From Octopus bimaculoides (taxonomy: Eukaryota): a stretch of 51,082 nucleotides of DNA. The position numbers and the translations under genes are program-made. Under the pieces are notes generated by a model, which was not told the DNA's origin, made no database searches, and saw only the letters and a list, made by a program, of their open reading frames with translations. The stretch covers positions 45,201,612 to 45,252,693 of the forward strand of contig NC_068988.1 in assembly GCF_001194135.2 (NCBI RefSeq), read 5' to 3'. Shown here in pieces: positions 9,151 through 22,720 of this stretch. Position 1 is the first letter of the stretch. Each line of letters begins with the position of its first letter.

Positions 9151-11635
9151 TATACACTTGCAACATTGTTACTCAGCCTTCACAGAATAACAGCCAAATC
9201 TCCACCTTCAGACATAGTTAAAGCAATGGAGATTTTAGAACAATAAGATTTATCATAATAATAAAGCAAGTTTGACCACAGCAAGAAATATAGATCAATC
9301 AAATGGTTTGGTGTATGTTGACTTCATATCATAGATTTGCTCAAATATTAAAGTTAACTGGCACTACTTCCAACCACCACCACCACCACCACCTAAAAAA
9401 AGAACACCAACAACAACAGCAGCAGCAGTAGCAACATTGCCACAAGCACCAAGACCACCATAACCAGCACCATGAATCAAAGGAAGTCTTTTACTTAATT
9501 GCTTGACCTTTAAAGAATAACAGCTAAGAATCTCTTTCAAATCATACCATAACATTTTGAACTCAGAATGTAAAGATAGAAGAAATCCTGCTAAGCATTT
9601 TGCCTGGTGTGCTAACAATTCTGCCAGCTCACTGCCTTTATAAAGAATATATATTGATTACTAACATTGACATAAAACTACACATTTTGAGGGAAAGTTT
9701 ATAATACATTGCCTCTACTTGACTGGTATTATATTGTATCAGTGTCATGAGGCTAAAAGGAACAGTTGATCTCAGCAAGATCTGAACTCAACACTAAAAG
9801 GCCATACCTGAATACCACAAAGTACTTTGTCCAGTGTTCTAAAGATTTTTGACAATCCACTGCCATAACTTTTACTATTATTTTAAAATGGAAAACAAAA
9901 TGTTTTCAAGAAATATTTCTCATTTTGCAAAGACATTCATATTGGCTATTAAATATATGGCTTATTCTAAGGTGACTAGTTCCACAGCATGGGTCACAAT
10001 ATTTTGGCAAACCAAGTCTTGAACTAAGGTTCAAAAATCAGCTTCAACAAGATCAATTATTTTGTAAATACCCTTAAGAAATATTACGAACATTCCATTT
10101 TCCATTTTCATTCTTTCTGTCCTCTCTACCCCCACCACACAGAAGTCTATTAGTCTGAACAATTTAATATGGATATCTCCTACTACAGTTTATCACATCT
10201 CAGATGTCATAAATTCCCTGTAGTTATTTCAATTGAGTGTGATATGAATAAATATTTGTCCTTTTCTGTATTGTTAAGCATTCCTTTATTCTTATCTAGA
10301 CTAAATGATATCAAAATCTTTTGTCATGCACCTTAGACCTGTTCCTCCAGTATTGTCTTCCACTACGAGTGAGTGTATATGTGTGTATTTGTGGATATAT
10401 TTGTGTGTAAACGTGTTGGGAGAGTGTGTGATATGGCTAAAGATAAGTGCTTTGAAGATAAAGAGAAATATATATATTTGCATACTTGTTCTATTATTTA
10501 TTTAATTCTTCAAACGGTTTTTTTTTTATTACAGTTCAGGCCATACTAGAGCACCATTATTTGTATACTGTCTTTTATTTTTCTCACACATTACCATTAA
10601 GAAGCAGTCTCCATAGCGTTTCAAAACACTATTAAAGAGATATAAGTTGGTTAATGGCAGGAGCGCAAACTAACATCCTACTATCAGTAGTCTCTTAGAT
10701 ATTGTTAAATGAGAACACACAGAAGTCACAATCAGCACCATGATACCACACTGAAAGATAAGGCAAATTTTAAAAGCCACAATAGCTGTAAAAGTAAGGT
10801 GTCGGGCAACTGAACGCATGATCCTAGTTTCAGAACAGAGTACAAGCATGCTATGCTCTTTTGCAAGTTAATTTCTTTCACTGAAAAATGATGTTTCACT
10901 CTTATTTCATGGTTGAACAGTTCAATTTAAGAATAGCTCCCAGTTAATAAAAAAAAACATTTGCTTCAGGAAATTAAACTCACTTAATTCATAGCAAAAA
11001 AAAATTTTTTAAATAAAAGAAAAGAGTGTGACAGAAATTGTAAAACTGTAAAACGAGCAACAAAAACAAAACTATAGAAGTTGCCTGATTAGATTTCAGA
11101 TAATATTATCAGTATTTCTGACTTTGACATCAGTCCCATATGCATTCAAATAGTTGTAAGCTAGCTGAATACATGTCTCAGTTGAACAATAAATAAGGTT
11201 TTAAACCTTGAATATGACATGTCAATGGATTGAATCCCAGTTAAGAAAGTCTGGCAATATGATAGCTTGAAAGAATTGGGGGAATCCAAGCATATATAGT
11301 ATGTCTCCCATGTCACTGGCTGTCATAGTGCAGCAGTGAATAAGCTATTTACCTCAATGGGTGCAGGGTTGTTTGCGAATTCCCCTACCACACATCTTTT
11401 TAATACATTAGTGAAGGTAGGTTGCACTCATGACCAATATTCCTTTTAATTTGTGCATTTGTGCACACACATGCATGTTTTACATCTAAGTGCACAAAGG
11501 AAAAATGCGTGTGCATAAAGTATTCAATATGATAATTTTTATTTTGTATTTGATGATGGTTATTCAGATGGAAGTGCTCATATTTCTCAAAGAAAGACAA
11601 AATTTGCTCACAAGCTAATTTTTGTTCATACTCAC

Positions 11636-11690
11636 AGTAAAAGTTAGAAGGGACATTGTTCATGATTCTTTCTTAATACCTCTATGGCTG
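11636..11690 (-). CDS. Candidate ATG-containing exon (MNNVPSNFY), product unknown
   Basis: Acceptor ctttccttccag, donor gtgagt, ATG at 11663-11661 with an in-frame stop upstream. No homology recognised. Confidence 0.25.
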
Positions 11691-12094
11691 CTGGAAGGAA
11701 AGCAGGATATTATGACCAGATCAGAGATGTAGTTCCACTACTTACAACAGACTGAACTCATCTGAGACTTAGGACAGACCCAGTGGTAATATTAGACAGG
11801 ATAATATGCTTGCCACACATGAAAAGAAATGAACTTCCATATGGAGTCTGTGTACTAAATTTCATTGACAAAACTTTTATTAATCTGAGGTTGCACTGGA
11901 ATACGCATGACGAAGCTGCTATACTTGCAATGCGATTGTCTGTATAATACAGCCATTCCTGCACCTATAACATGTACTTTCAGGCAGCTAGGCATATTTG
12001 GCAATTTTACAATATCATAAGGTTGTTGAAGACATAAACTAGTACCCATCTTCTGAAAAATAGATGTGACCCTTTCATTCAAATAAAGAGCAAC

Positions 12095-12154
<60 letters not shown>

Positions 12155-12559
12155 GTATACATTCATCTCATGACCTTATTTTAATGTATTCTCCTTTCTT
12201 ATATTGAACATCCCTACCTCCATTCTCTCCTATTCAATCCTTAAATCTTAGGTGTCACTGTTTTTACAAATGTATTTTCATATTGTTTGCTTGATTGATA
12301 ACTTGAGTGTCTGTCTGCTCTGGTATATCAGAAACTACACAAGACGGGAACTCCAAACTTTTTAATCAATAATTACTGAACAAAATATGAGAAACTGCTA
12401 TTTTACTGTTTATCAAAATTGCACTCTTTTAGCAAATAATTTAGATATAAGCTATGAGGCCTAACTCTATTCAAAATGTTATATACTGGGCAAGTTACAG
12501 GTTATACAAAATCAATAACAGTAACGTAAGAAATGAAATGAAATAGAAATACATTTATA

Positions 12560-13130
12560 AACGCACACACAAAGACAGCTACATAGCAACACAATGTCTT
12601 TACAGATATTGGTGACTATTATAGTTCGTGGTACAAAATATATTCAAATACTGACCACATACGCAAAGAAATACATTAATACTTTGTGTGTGTAGGCGAA
12701 TACTTGTACACACAAGCACATAACCACACAATTTCTTTCAAATATTGGTGTTCTATATTTGTTAATAATGGCAAATACAGTTACACACTAAGTGCACATG
12801 TACACACATATATTTACGCACATAAATATCAACACATATTTTTCCACACATTGGTTTCTATAATAATTAGCAGTACAGGATTCATTGAAATACTGACCAC
12901 AAATCTCACATACAGTAACACTCACACACATACATACACACACATACACATATATGGAGAGCAACACAATTTTCTTTAGATATGGGTAACTCTATGTCAT
13001 AATTATTCATGTAAAACATTCAAATACTGATGATGTATGTTGACTCATATATCCACATACCAATACCTACATATTAGTGACTTTATTAGGAGTATGAATT
13101 ATATATAAATACTTGCCACATATATATGTA
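12560..13130. repeat. Degenerate minisatellite, about five units of about 120 bp
   Basis: Recurring (a)gatattggtgact(a)t...aaatactgaccaca motif with CA-rich spacers. Confidence 0.55.
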
Positions 13131-13611
13131 TCGAGAAAAGTTTTCTTTTGCTTTCACTACTGAATTTGCCAATTAATATGTAGTTAATTATTTGGTCCAC
13201 AGTATGGCAATCTTTCTCCTAATTCTTCAAACAAGGAATGGCTCAATGACTGGACATGTTTTTGTGGCAGATTGAGAATGACAGTGGTCTTGTTTCCTTG
13301 TAGCACGCAAGTCAAGCTACACACACGCATGCTTATATACAAGAGGCTTCAAGCAGTTTCTTTCTGTCAACTAATTTATTTCAAATATTGTTATTCAGAA
13401 AGCAGCTATCCACCATATTATATGGTGGGAATAAACTGTAGAGCCCATGGCTATGAAAAGAAACCGTTGGACACATGATTATGCCCATGCCTATATATGT
13501 ACATTCATACATATATTCATACAAACACACATACATACATACATGCATGCATGCATACACAGCCCAACTCATGTCAGCATGGAAAATGGACATTAAATAC
13601 TGATGATGATG

Positions 13612-13666
<55 letters not shown>

Positions 13667-14109
13667 ATATGTACACACACACACATACATACTCACACAC
13701 AAGTACACTAGCATACAGACTAAGAGCTAACAACACAACAACACAGCAATGTATCAAGTCTTTTATAAAACAGTGTATTATTGAAAAGAGAACTGGTAGA
13801 TGCAGAAAAGAAAAGAATAAATGAACACAAAAGAAGAGAACAAACAGACATTAGAACTCTTTCATTGTACTGAATGAAATCCTCTTTGTGTGCTAATTTC
13901 GGCTATTCTTCCAGTTTTGTCCTGCAATTCCCTTGAGGTAGTAAATTGAGTCGAAGATTGAGTCCATTATCTAGTACTCAGTATTGTTCAATACCTTTTT
14001 CTTCATTGTATTTGTCGTATGTATTTTACTCTGATCTGACACCCTGAATCTCAATAGTCAAGAAACACACACCACAGACTGGATTCTGTTATAAACAGTA
14101 TTCACAAAA

Positions 14110-14612
14110 ACAACTACATCAACCTCAACAACTACAGCTACAGCTGCTGCTGCTGCTACTACTACTACTATATTTATGGCAATGATTATGATGACGAGGA
14201 CGAGGAGGTGGAGGAGGATGACAACAACAATAAAAATAACAGCAAAAAGAACAAGAAGAGGCAGAAGGAGAAGCAACAGAATAAAAAGGAGGAGAAGCAA
14301 GAGCAAGGGAAAAGAAGGAGGAGAAGGAGGAGGGGGAGAAAGAGAAGAAGATGAAAAAGAGGAAGTAGAAGGAGGAGGAGAGAACACGAAGAAAGAGAAG
14401 AAAAGAGGGAGTAGAAGGAGAAGAAAATGACGAAGAAAAAAGAAGTAGGAGGAGGAGGAGGAGGAGAGGAGGAGAAGAAGAAAACGACGAAGAAAGAAGA
14501 AGAAGAAGAAGAAGAAGAAAACGACGAAGGAAAAAGAAGAAGAAGAAGAAGAAAAAGTGAAAGAAGAAGAGAAGAGATGATGAAGAAGAAGAAGAAGTGA
14601 AGAAATGAAGAA
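14110..14612. repeat. Compound trinucleotide and purine-rich low-complexity tract: (CTA/GCT), (GAG), (GAA)
   Basis: Direct read. It explains the poly-L/S/K/E ORFs. Confidence 0.9.
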
Positions 14613-14840
14613 AAGTGAGAAATATCAGGCTCTAACGAGAGAGAAGAAGACACTGTACAACACAATGGTGAAAGTTATTCCTTGGATAATTGGTGCATTC
14701 TGCACAATACCCAAATTGCCACTTAAGAAGCTGTGTGGTATTGGAATCAAGAGGTGTACTAGTGACTTGAAGAAAATTGCCATCTTATATTCTACAAGAA
14801 TCCTAGGAAAGATTTTTGTGACCTGAAGCATGTTATAGCT
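14605..14840 (+). mobile_element. R4/Dong REL endonuclease C-terminal fragment
   Basis: KSEKYQALTREKKTLYNTMVKVIPWIIGAFCTIPKL..IGIK..DLKKIAILYSTRILGKIF. Confidence 0.8.
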
Positions 14841-14894
14841 TTTGACTACTACTACTACTTCAACATCCAATAATGGTGATGAGCATAATAATAA

Positions 14895-15478
14895 TTATTT
14901 CCACTCTAGGCACAAGGTCTTGGAAATTTAACTGGTTCTTTATTTTATCGATCCCGAAAGGATGAAAGGCAAAGAGTACCTCGGTAGCATTTAAACTAAG
15001 AATGTCGAACCGAAACGCAAACTTCTTTTCAGACACCCTAATGATTCTGCCAGCTCGCTGCCTTAATAATAATAATAATAATATTTAAAAAAATGTTATT
15101 GCCCTCAGGGGGTTAAACACAGAGGGGACAAACAAGGACAGAAAACGGGATTAAGTCGACTACAACCCTAGTACATAACTGGTACTTATTTAATCGACCC
15201 CGGAAGGATGAAAGGCAAAGTCAACCTCGGCGGAATTTGAATTCAGAACGTAACGGTAGACGAAATACTGCTAAGCATTTCTCCAGCTCACTGCCCTTTC
15301 TTCTATGGGCACAAGGCCTGAAAATTTGGGGAGGGGTCTATTCGATTACATCGACCCCAGTGTTTCACTGGTACTTAATTTATCGACCCTGAAAGAATGA
15401 AAGGCAAAATTGACCTCGGCGGAATATGAACTCAGAATGTAAACATGGACGAAATGTTGCTAAGCATTTTGTCCAGAA
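14895..15478 (-). mobile_element. Head-to-tail cluster of three family A SINEs with two different tail types
   Basis: Cores at about 14945, 15200 and 15385. The middle copy has the gtcccctct..ggcaataa tail. Confidence 0.85.
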
Positions 15479-16449
15479 TAATAAATAACAATAATAATAA
15501 TAATAATGATGATGAAGTTGATGATGAAGATCTTTATTAGCAACAAGAAATCGAAGAGTTACAAAAGTTAAAAAAAGTTCTCTGGGGCTTACGAAGAAAG
15601 AAAAATGTGAAATGTGAAGATCATATTTTTTAATACGGGAGGAGAATATGTGACGTTATACAAAATATAAAAGGAAATATTTAGCATTTTAAAACTAGAC
15701 ACACATACAGACACACGTGTATATAAACAGGTACACATTCATACATGCAAAGAAATCAAGAAAAACACAACGGAAACAGAATTTAATTAAAGGAAGTAAG
15801 CCTGAAAGATTACTGGTTTGATTAAATTAGAGAGCTCTATGAATGCGTTCGCTTAACCATTCCTCAAATTGTATTCAAGTGTAATCAAATGCACCAATGA
15901 GATTTTTTAAAGCATCGGATGTTGAAACACACCAACATCTTGAGAGTAATCACTTCGAAATCCGTTCTAATATTCTATTTTTAATTTTACTAATAACATA
16001 TTTTGCATGTTGTTGATATTTTGAACCCTATGGCTTTTTGTGCCATGCCAACTTCTTCAGGAAATCCGTGGCACCACATACGCACAATTTTGTCGGCCAA
16101 ATGTTCAATTTTTGATGAATGGTAAATCTTGGTTCATTTCATTCTCTTGAATTTCTTCATTATTTCCTTTAGGAGAAATTTCATTGTCGATTGGAAGAAA
16201 TTGTTCCTCCTCAAGTGTTGTCATTATTTTATGTCGCGTCTTTTTGTGATCTTTTCTTTTTTTCTTATGTTTTCTACAATAATTTGTAAATTTTTACCTA
16301 CAATTATTACTTATTCCTCGTTGCAAAATGACCTTACGGCACTACAGACTGTTTCGGTTTGGAGACGAGACGTGTACTTATTTATTTGGTATTGAGCATA
16401 AAAAGGTAATTCATTTGTCATCCTGAGAGTTTTGATGCTGATATGCTGG

Positions 16450-16800
16450 AAACTAGGATTTCTTGATCATTTGGCTATTGTTTTAACTATTCATCCACGC
16501 TAAATTGATTGCTAGTGACGACTAGCCATGGATCTACGTTGTTTCTAATGTCTTTTATGGTGACTCTTGCGTTTCTCTGACTCCGTGCGGGGTCACAAAT
16601 TGTATAGTCAGGTATATACATGACTATTTAAACATGCATTTTAGCTACGTCTTCCATTTTAAAGGTACAGCAGACAGTGCCAAAGCACTTGAGAGAACTT
16701 CTTCCAATATGTGTTGGAATTCCTTTTGAACAACTTGACTGAAGGGAAGATTTAGTCCGATTCCATATTTTTGTAAGCAGAAATACATAATTTTCTCCTT
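16450..16800 (-). pseudogene. Possible decayed mariner transposase N-terminal HTH region
   Basis: EKIMYFCLQK..EFQHILEEVLSSALALSAVPLKWKT*LKCMFK..ICDPARSQRNARVTIKDIRNNVD..QFSVDE weakly matches the mariner pattern ALS..V.KW...FK.G..DD.RSGRP. Confidence 0.35.
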
Positions 16801-17414
16801 GCTCTCTCCTGGATTCACTCCTGTGGCAACGAAACGCTGTTTGGTTTTACAAAATTCGCTCAGCTATCTTTTTTTAATGACTGTGATGTATGTAATTTTT
16901 TTTTTTTTGTGCAGTTTGTGTTCAGGTGAGTTTTGTCTTCAGACGGCTATTATATGAATGGACCACTGTCTTGCAAATTGTGTAAGATACACGAAAGTTA
17001 TTGTTGTTTTAACTGTTGCCGTCTTCAGGACTACTTATTTGGGTATTTGGAGTATATTCAGCTATTAATTGTTTCCTAAGATATTTATTCCTCCTTCTTG
17101 TACATTCATTTGCGTTTTGATGGTCGTTTTAAGTCTTGTAGCATTGTATAAGACACTTTGGATGCGAAGCATAATGTGTGCATGGAACATTTCAAAAGTT
17201 TATGGAAGAAAACTTTTTGCTTTCAAGCCTCAGAGTACCGAGAGCAAGTCCTCCTTGCGTAATTAATGTTCTTTTTACAGGTATTCCAATGAAAATTTCA
17301 TGTGGTAATAGTTTAATCGTTCGTATTTTGAAGCGAGAATTAAAACTACATTTTTCACATTGTCAAATACAACAACAATGACAACAACAACAATAACGAC
17401 GACAACAACAACAA

Positions 17415-17930
17415 CAAATGACCTGATAGAGTACCAGGCAGTGGCTCTCGTGGCTTCTGATCTTCACTGATTAGAAGTGTTATGCACAGGTTTTGTCTTG
17501 ACGTAAAAGATGGGTTACAACAAATATTCTGCTCAGTACCACAGGTTTGCTTGTCGGTTGCTTGGTCTTAACCAGTTTAGTATGTCTCTTACTGGCTGAC
17601 GATATGTGCCTCTGTGACTCTGAGCAGGAGTAGTGGGGGAGTATCAGAGCTATATTTTCAGAAGGTTTGAATGATTCACCTCTGGAAACATGGATGTTTT
17701 GTTTGTCATCCTCAAACAACCTTAGTTCAGGTACCGTTTGAGCGGAATGGGTTAATTAAACCGAAGAAAATTATAATTAGGCTCCACCTGCAAGGATATG
17801 TGCTACTTATCTTGATATGAGACGACCATGTTAATGTTGCATACATTTGGTTGTGATGCATGTGCCTGGTGTATCGTTATCGGATGGGGATTCCTGATTG
17901 GTATACTGGGTTTTGTATATTTGTGCCCCT
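17415..17930. repeat. Unclassified interspersed repeat, about 500 bp, possibly a LINE UTR
   Basis: Non-coding block beginning at a (CAA)n tract. It resembles an abundant octopus repeat from my recall only; single copy in this window. Confidence 0.35.
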
Positions 17931-18170
17931 GTTGTCACACGTATGACGGGCGCTGCTTTCTCATGCCTTAATTCTGACAACGCAAGTTTCATGTTTCACG
18001 TTCTAGAAATAGTTGAATGACATTTTTGCCAACTACATGGCGTTTTTTATCATCAAGGAATTCGCAAACTGCCTGTACAATGCAGCAAAATAACAACAAA
18101 TCAAAGGCCACTGTCACTGCCAATGTTCCTAGCTGAGGTTCTTGTATTTCAGCACTCTATATATCGTAGA

Positions 18171-18437
18171 GTGGAGGCATATGGCCTAGTGGTTAGAGTA
18201 GCGCACTCGCAGTCGAGGCATCGTGGGTTCGAATCTCAGACCAGGCGGTGTGTGTGTTTATGAGTGAAACACAGTTCCGGCAGAAAGTAATGGCGAACCT
18301 CTGCTGATTCTCTCGCCACAACTTTCTCTCACTCTTTCCTCCTGCATCCAGCAGTTCATCTGTGACAGACCGGCGTCCCGTCCAGGTGGGGAACCTATAT
18401 GCCAGGCACGGCTTGAGAAGAGACAAACAACAACAAC
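18171..18437 (+). mobile_element. Full-length tRNA-derived SINE with a 12-bp TSD
   Basis: A box TGGCCTAGTGG, B box GGTTCGAATCT, (CAA)n tail. TSD atatatcgtaga at 18159-18170 and 18438-18449. Confidence 0.92.
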
Positions 18438-18970
18438 ATATATCGTAGATGCAGCCTGCCATTTGTACATGCAACACAGAATGTGCAGGTGTGTAGCACA
18501 CCAACTCGTATTGTTGTCTCTCCTCGTCGTCGATTTTGAAGACTAAACACTTTGTCATATGCCTCATTCTGGTTAACAGAAACTACGGCATTCGACACGC
18601 AGGACAACGTCTTCTTTTGTTGTACATTTTATGGATAGTGAAAAACTTTTCTACTTTTCGAAATTTCCTTCATATTTGCCCTATCTTCAGCAAAGTCGTA
18701 AGACAATGAGTTATAACTTCTTGTGACATATCTCTGCTAAATATGAATCTATATTCAAGGTTTCTTGCTGACTCATTACATTTTAAAAAGATTCCCTCTT
18801 TTATTGACATTTTCATTATTGATTGCCATATGTAAAATGTAATTGTTTTCCCTGTGTATTACAAATGATAATTTTTTAACATGAACACAAACTTTAAAAT
18901 TTTCAGAGAGAGTACAGTGGATTAAATTAACTCTGGACTTTATTTATTTTATTGTCTTTAGAAGGATTAA

Positions 18971-19189
18971 CCATTTAGCATTAAAACCGGTTATATCAGG
19001 CCAAACTATTCTTCCTGTATTATGTGCAAACCAGACAGATCTGGCCTCTTACATCTACTCTAAAATGTCATTCTAAAAAGAAACAGCTGCATCATCAAAA
19101 TCTCAAAGCTATGAGGTAATTCCTGATTAATTCAAAACAATGTGGATAATAAAGCGTTACATTTCACAGAGTAATAGGAATACTAAGGG
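18971..19189. mobile_element. piggyBac-type MITE
   Basis: TTAA on both sides (18967-18970, 19190-19193). Imperfect TIRs ccatttagcatt and aatactaaggg. Confidence 0.65.
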
Positions 19190-19559
19190 TTAAAGACCAA
19201 GATGACATTGTTTGGGTCTGAGCACAGTATAAAGGGGATGCATCCAAAAAAGTGTTTTCTTAAACACAAGGCCAATCCTGCTACCCGAAAATAATAAAAT
19301 TAATAATAAAATCAATATGGCATTGCATATAAATTTCCTTATCTAAATCTCTCAAGAATAAATATGAAAAAAGGACAGTTTTTACTGAAAAATATTTATT
19401 TATCTCTTTACTAATCTCTCAGTTTATATAGCTGTGTATTTATATATTTATATAATTAGTTGCTTATTTTCTGTTAGGTTCATATTTGTTCTTTTTCAAT
19501 GGACAAATATATATGTGTATGCATGCACACATGTACGTCTGCAAGCATGTTTGTATGTA

Positions 19560-19590
<31 letters not shown>

Positions 19591-19786
19591 GCATGTGTAT
19601 ACATACGCATTCATGAATATACATATATGTGTGAGTATAATATATATATATATATGGTGTGTGTGTGCTTATTATAAATATATATTTTATATGACATAAA
19701 TTGCATTACATTATATTATTTTTCTCACACACACACACATGCACATGCACTCACACACACACATACACTCACACATATATTCTTAC

Positions 19787-19835
19787 CTTTGATGTAATTA
19801 CATTTGGGAATATCACATAAAACGGTTAGGTATTT
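19787..19835 (-). CDS. Candidate 49-nt coding exon (KYLTVLCDIPKCNYIK), unknown host gene
   Basis: Acceptor ggttttcctttctag, donor AAG|gtaaga, only one open frame, sequence not repeated in the window. Confidence 0.4.
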
Positions 19836-20744
19836 CTAGAAAGGAAAACCAGTGTGAAAGGTAGAATAGCAGAAAGAGAAAACACACGCATGCATACACA
19901 CACACACACACGGGAATACTCACATAAATACACTTGCAAAAACACACAGCGTATATTATTTTAGATAATATTGACTCATGGGATATAAATGCATAAAGGA
20001 TCAAAATTAAAAGAAATGATAATCTCCAATGCACTCGTATAAAACTTTGCTTTTGGTTGTGATCCAGTATATTCTGAGGATATCTGAAAATAAAAGGGAG
20101 ATGGTAAATGGAAATTATGACATCTGCAGTTGAACTGATAGAAAATATTAGATTTCTAACTTCAGAATATAAAGATGATAATAATAATAACAATAATAAT
20201 AATAATATCAACAACAACAACAATAATAATAATAATGATAATAATAAAGAAAGAAAGAGATTGCAAGTTTTATAGAAGATGGAAATGACATTATTTCATA
20301 TTTTTGCTTTCTCGTGGGATTTTTACAAAGGCTTGGATGAACGGGATGTGGACTGGATTGTGAGATGTAATTTGTTTATGAACTCTCTGTACTGCTAACT
20401 AACTCTTCCTTGCATGAATTGGTATGAAATATTAAAATCATTCTGTTTAGGTGCCAGGCCATTTATTGTCAAGGAGAGAGATATAGCTGTTGTTGTTTTC
20501 GCCAGTGGTATTTCTGTTGGATTTTTACTACTGGTTCTGTTGTTGCTGATTTTTGATGTTGTTATTGTTTGTCATGTTGTTATAAATGTTTAGCCCCGAT
20601 TCAACCCTGATTTATCTGATCTGTGATCACAGACATTCTAGCCAAGATTTCCTTTTTCCTTAGGAGATTATAGGACTGTATAATCTACTATATCCTCATC
20701 TTATTTAATAAGTAAGATTTGATTTGTGGAAAATTTGTCTGTTT

Positions 20745-20949
20745 TACTTGTTTCAGTCATTTGACTGTGGTCATGCTGGAGCACCGCCTTTAGTTGAAGA
20801 AATCAACACATGACTTATTCTTTGTAAGCCTAGTATTTATTCTATTGATCTCCTTTGCTGAACCGCTAAGTTACGGGGACGTAAACACACCAGCATCGGT
20901 TGTCAAGCAATGTTGGGGAACAAGCACAGACATACAAACATATACACAC

Positions 20950-21009
<60 letters not shown>

Positions 21010-21168
21010 AGCTTCTTTCAGTTTCTGTCTACCAAATCTACTCACAAGGCTTTGGTCGGGTCGAGGCTATAGTAGAAGACACTTGCCCAAGGTGCCACAC
21101 AGTGGGACGGAACCCAGAACAATGTGGTTGGTAAGCAAGCTACTTAGAACACAGCCACTCCTGCACGT
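20745..21168 (-). mobile_element. tRNA-derived CORE-like SINE with an internal (TA)n tract and a CR1-type tail
   Basis: Head gtggctgtgttctaag..gggttccgtccc, CORE-like ccttgggcaagtgtcttc, tail ggcggtgctccagcatgaccacagtcaaatgactgaaac. Partial copies at about 26810-27060 and 48590-48745. Confidence 0.8.
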
Positions 21169-21399
21169 TGAAACTATTTCAAGCAATCCCATACAAACTC
21201 TCTCATTGAACTGAGATCAATATATTGTACTAATCAACTGCATATTGAGGAATTTCTAGAGATAACGTTAACACAAATCAATCTAATAATTATTTCTAAT
21301 ATAGGCATCTCTATTAACGTTTCTAACCATCTATCACTTGCCTTTCATACTTTTGCATATGTATTTATTCATCCACCCTTACTGATCCTCTGTCCATAT

Positions 21400-21830
21400 T
21401 GTCAGTTACCATTGTTTATATTGAGGGTATGCCCTGCCACTTCATCACCGTCATCTCTTTCCTCTCTTTTATACTGGGGAAGTCATGTATTTCCTCTACC
21501 GCAAAACACTTGTTTTTGCCTTGTTTATCATTTATCAACCTCTCAACACCTGGAACAAAGTCATCTTCATCAATACTACACCCCTACTCAATCAAGGGTG
21601 TCTTATCTTGACTTGTGAATTACTTGGTGGCCTCATTAGAGTTGATGCCACAAAAAAAAAAAAAAGTGCCCACCACACTCTGGGAAATGGTTGGCATTAG
21701 GAAGTACATTCAACCATAGAAACTATACCAAAACAGGCAATGGATCTCTGACTCAACAGATCTTGTAAAACTATTGAACCCATTCCTGCACGGGAGACAC
21801 ATTAAATGCTGATAATGAAGAGGACGAGGT
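21400..21830 (+). mobile_element. Degenerate RTE-tailed SINE-like element
   Basis: The body resembles 30480-30790 and is followed by the ggttggcattaggaag module and a decayed RTE-type tail. Confidence 0.5.
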
Positions 21831-22094
21831 GGAGCAGGTGAAGCATTAGTCATTTAAACTCATTCCAATATTTGATTTATCAACTCTGGAAAAATGAAAG
21901 GTACAGATGATTTACATGAAATATGAATGATGGTGGTGGTAGTGGAGATGATGATAGAGATGATGATGATGGTGATAGTGATGGTAATGAGGATGATGGT
22001 GATGGTGAAAAGAAGGAGGGGAGTTTGAAGAGGGGAGAATGAGGATGATTAAAAACCTAAAAACGAAATAAAATGGGGTTACAGAATATTATAT

Positions 22095-22720
22095 AAAATG
22101 ATACAATGATCATGAAAAAGAAGAAAGCTTCTATATGGTCAGTATTTGAAAAAGCCAAACAGAATCAAAATGAGTAATGTACAATAGCAAGACTAACTGA
22201 GAAGTACTGGATACAAAGCTGAGACTAAAGGATTCTTATTGTGGTGCAAGATCAAAACCTTCCTGACAGAAACCACCAAAATCATACACTAAATAACTGT
22301 AGAATATGTGGAGGTTAGGGAAGAAGCAATTCACCTCACTGTCTTTAACTGCTTAGTCTTAACTAAGAAAGAATACATCTACAAATATAACAGACTTGTA
22401 GTTTTCAGACTCAAGATGCCATGCCAGCATTATGAAACAGAAGCAAAAAAGATGTGATAAAAACATACATTAAAAACGTCTCTCAAAACAACTGTATTCA
22501 GGGCTGTACCAGTTCAGATATAGAGATCAAGGATAATCAACCAGATATTGTTGTTAAGGACCAGAAAGAAAGGAAGTACTTTCTAATCAAAGAATTGGTC
22601 CCAAAAGGTAATATTGTATCTCTAAAAGAAATGTAAAAATTATCCAAATGAAAAGATTTGTAAATAGAGATAACTAGAATGTATTGACTTAAGCAGAAAT
22701 AATAGTTTATAAAAGAAAAA
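22095..22720 (+). mobile_element. Decayed R4/Dong LINE: zinc knuckle and REL endonuclease
   Basis: With frameshifts: LYGQY..KAETKGF..(Q)DQNLP..CRICG..LTKKEY..CQHY..IKDNQPDIVVKDQKERKYFLI..KDL*IEITRM. Confidence 0.8.

Noticed and set aside
11855-12052. Possible terminal coding exon KMGTSLCLQQ..FVNEI*
   Set aside because: No recognisable homology, and it conflicts with the adjacent ATG-exon candidate. It cannot be supported without RNA data.
14058-14665. Long low-complexity ORFs (also 39485-40504, 43620-44219, 50344-51072 and the TA/TG-derived ORFs)
   Set aside because: Stop-free microsatellite translations with no domain signal.
17000-17036. AGTAGTC-CTGAAGA-CGGCAACAGTT hammerhead-like start
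   Set aside because: The helix II partner, GAAA and the helix I complement are missing.
18171-18245. tRNA gene calls for A/B-box segments (also about 4480-4550 and 49170-49267)
   Set aside because: No complete cloverleaf. They continue into SINE bodies with tails, and one has a TSD.
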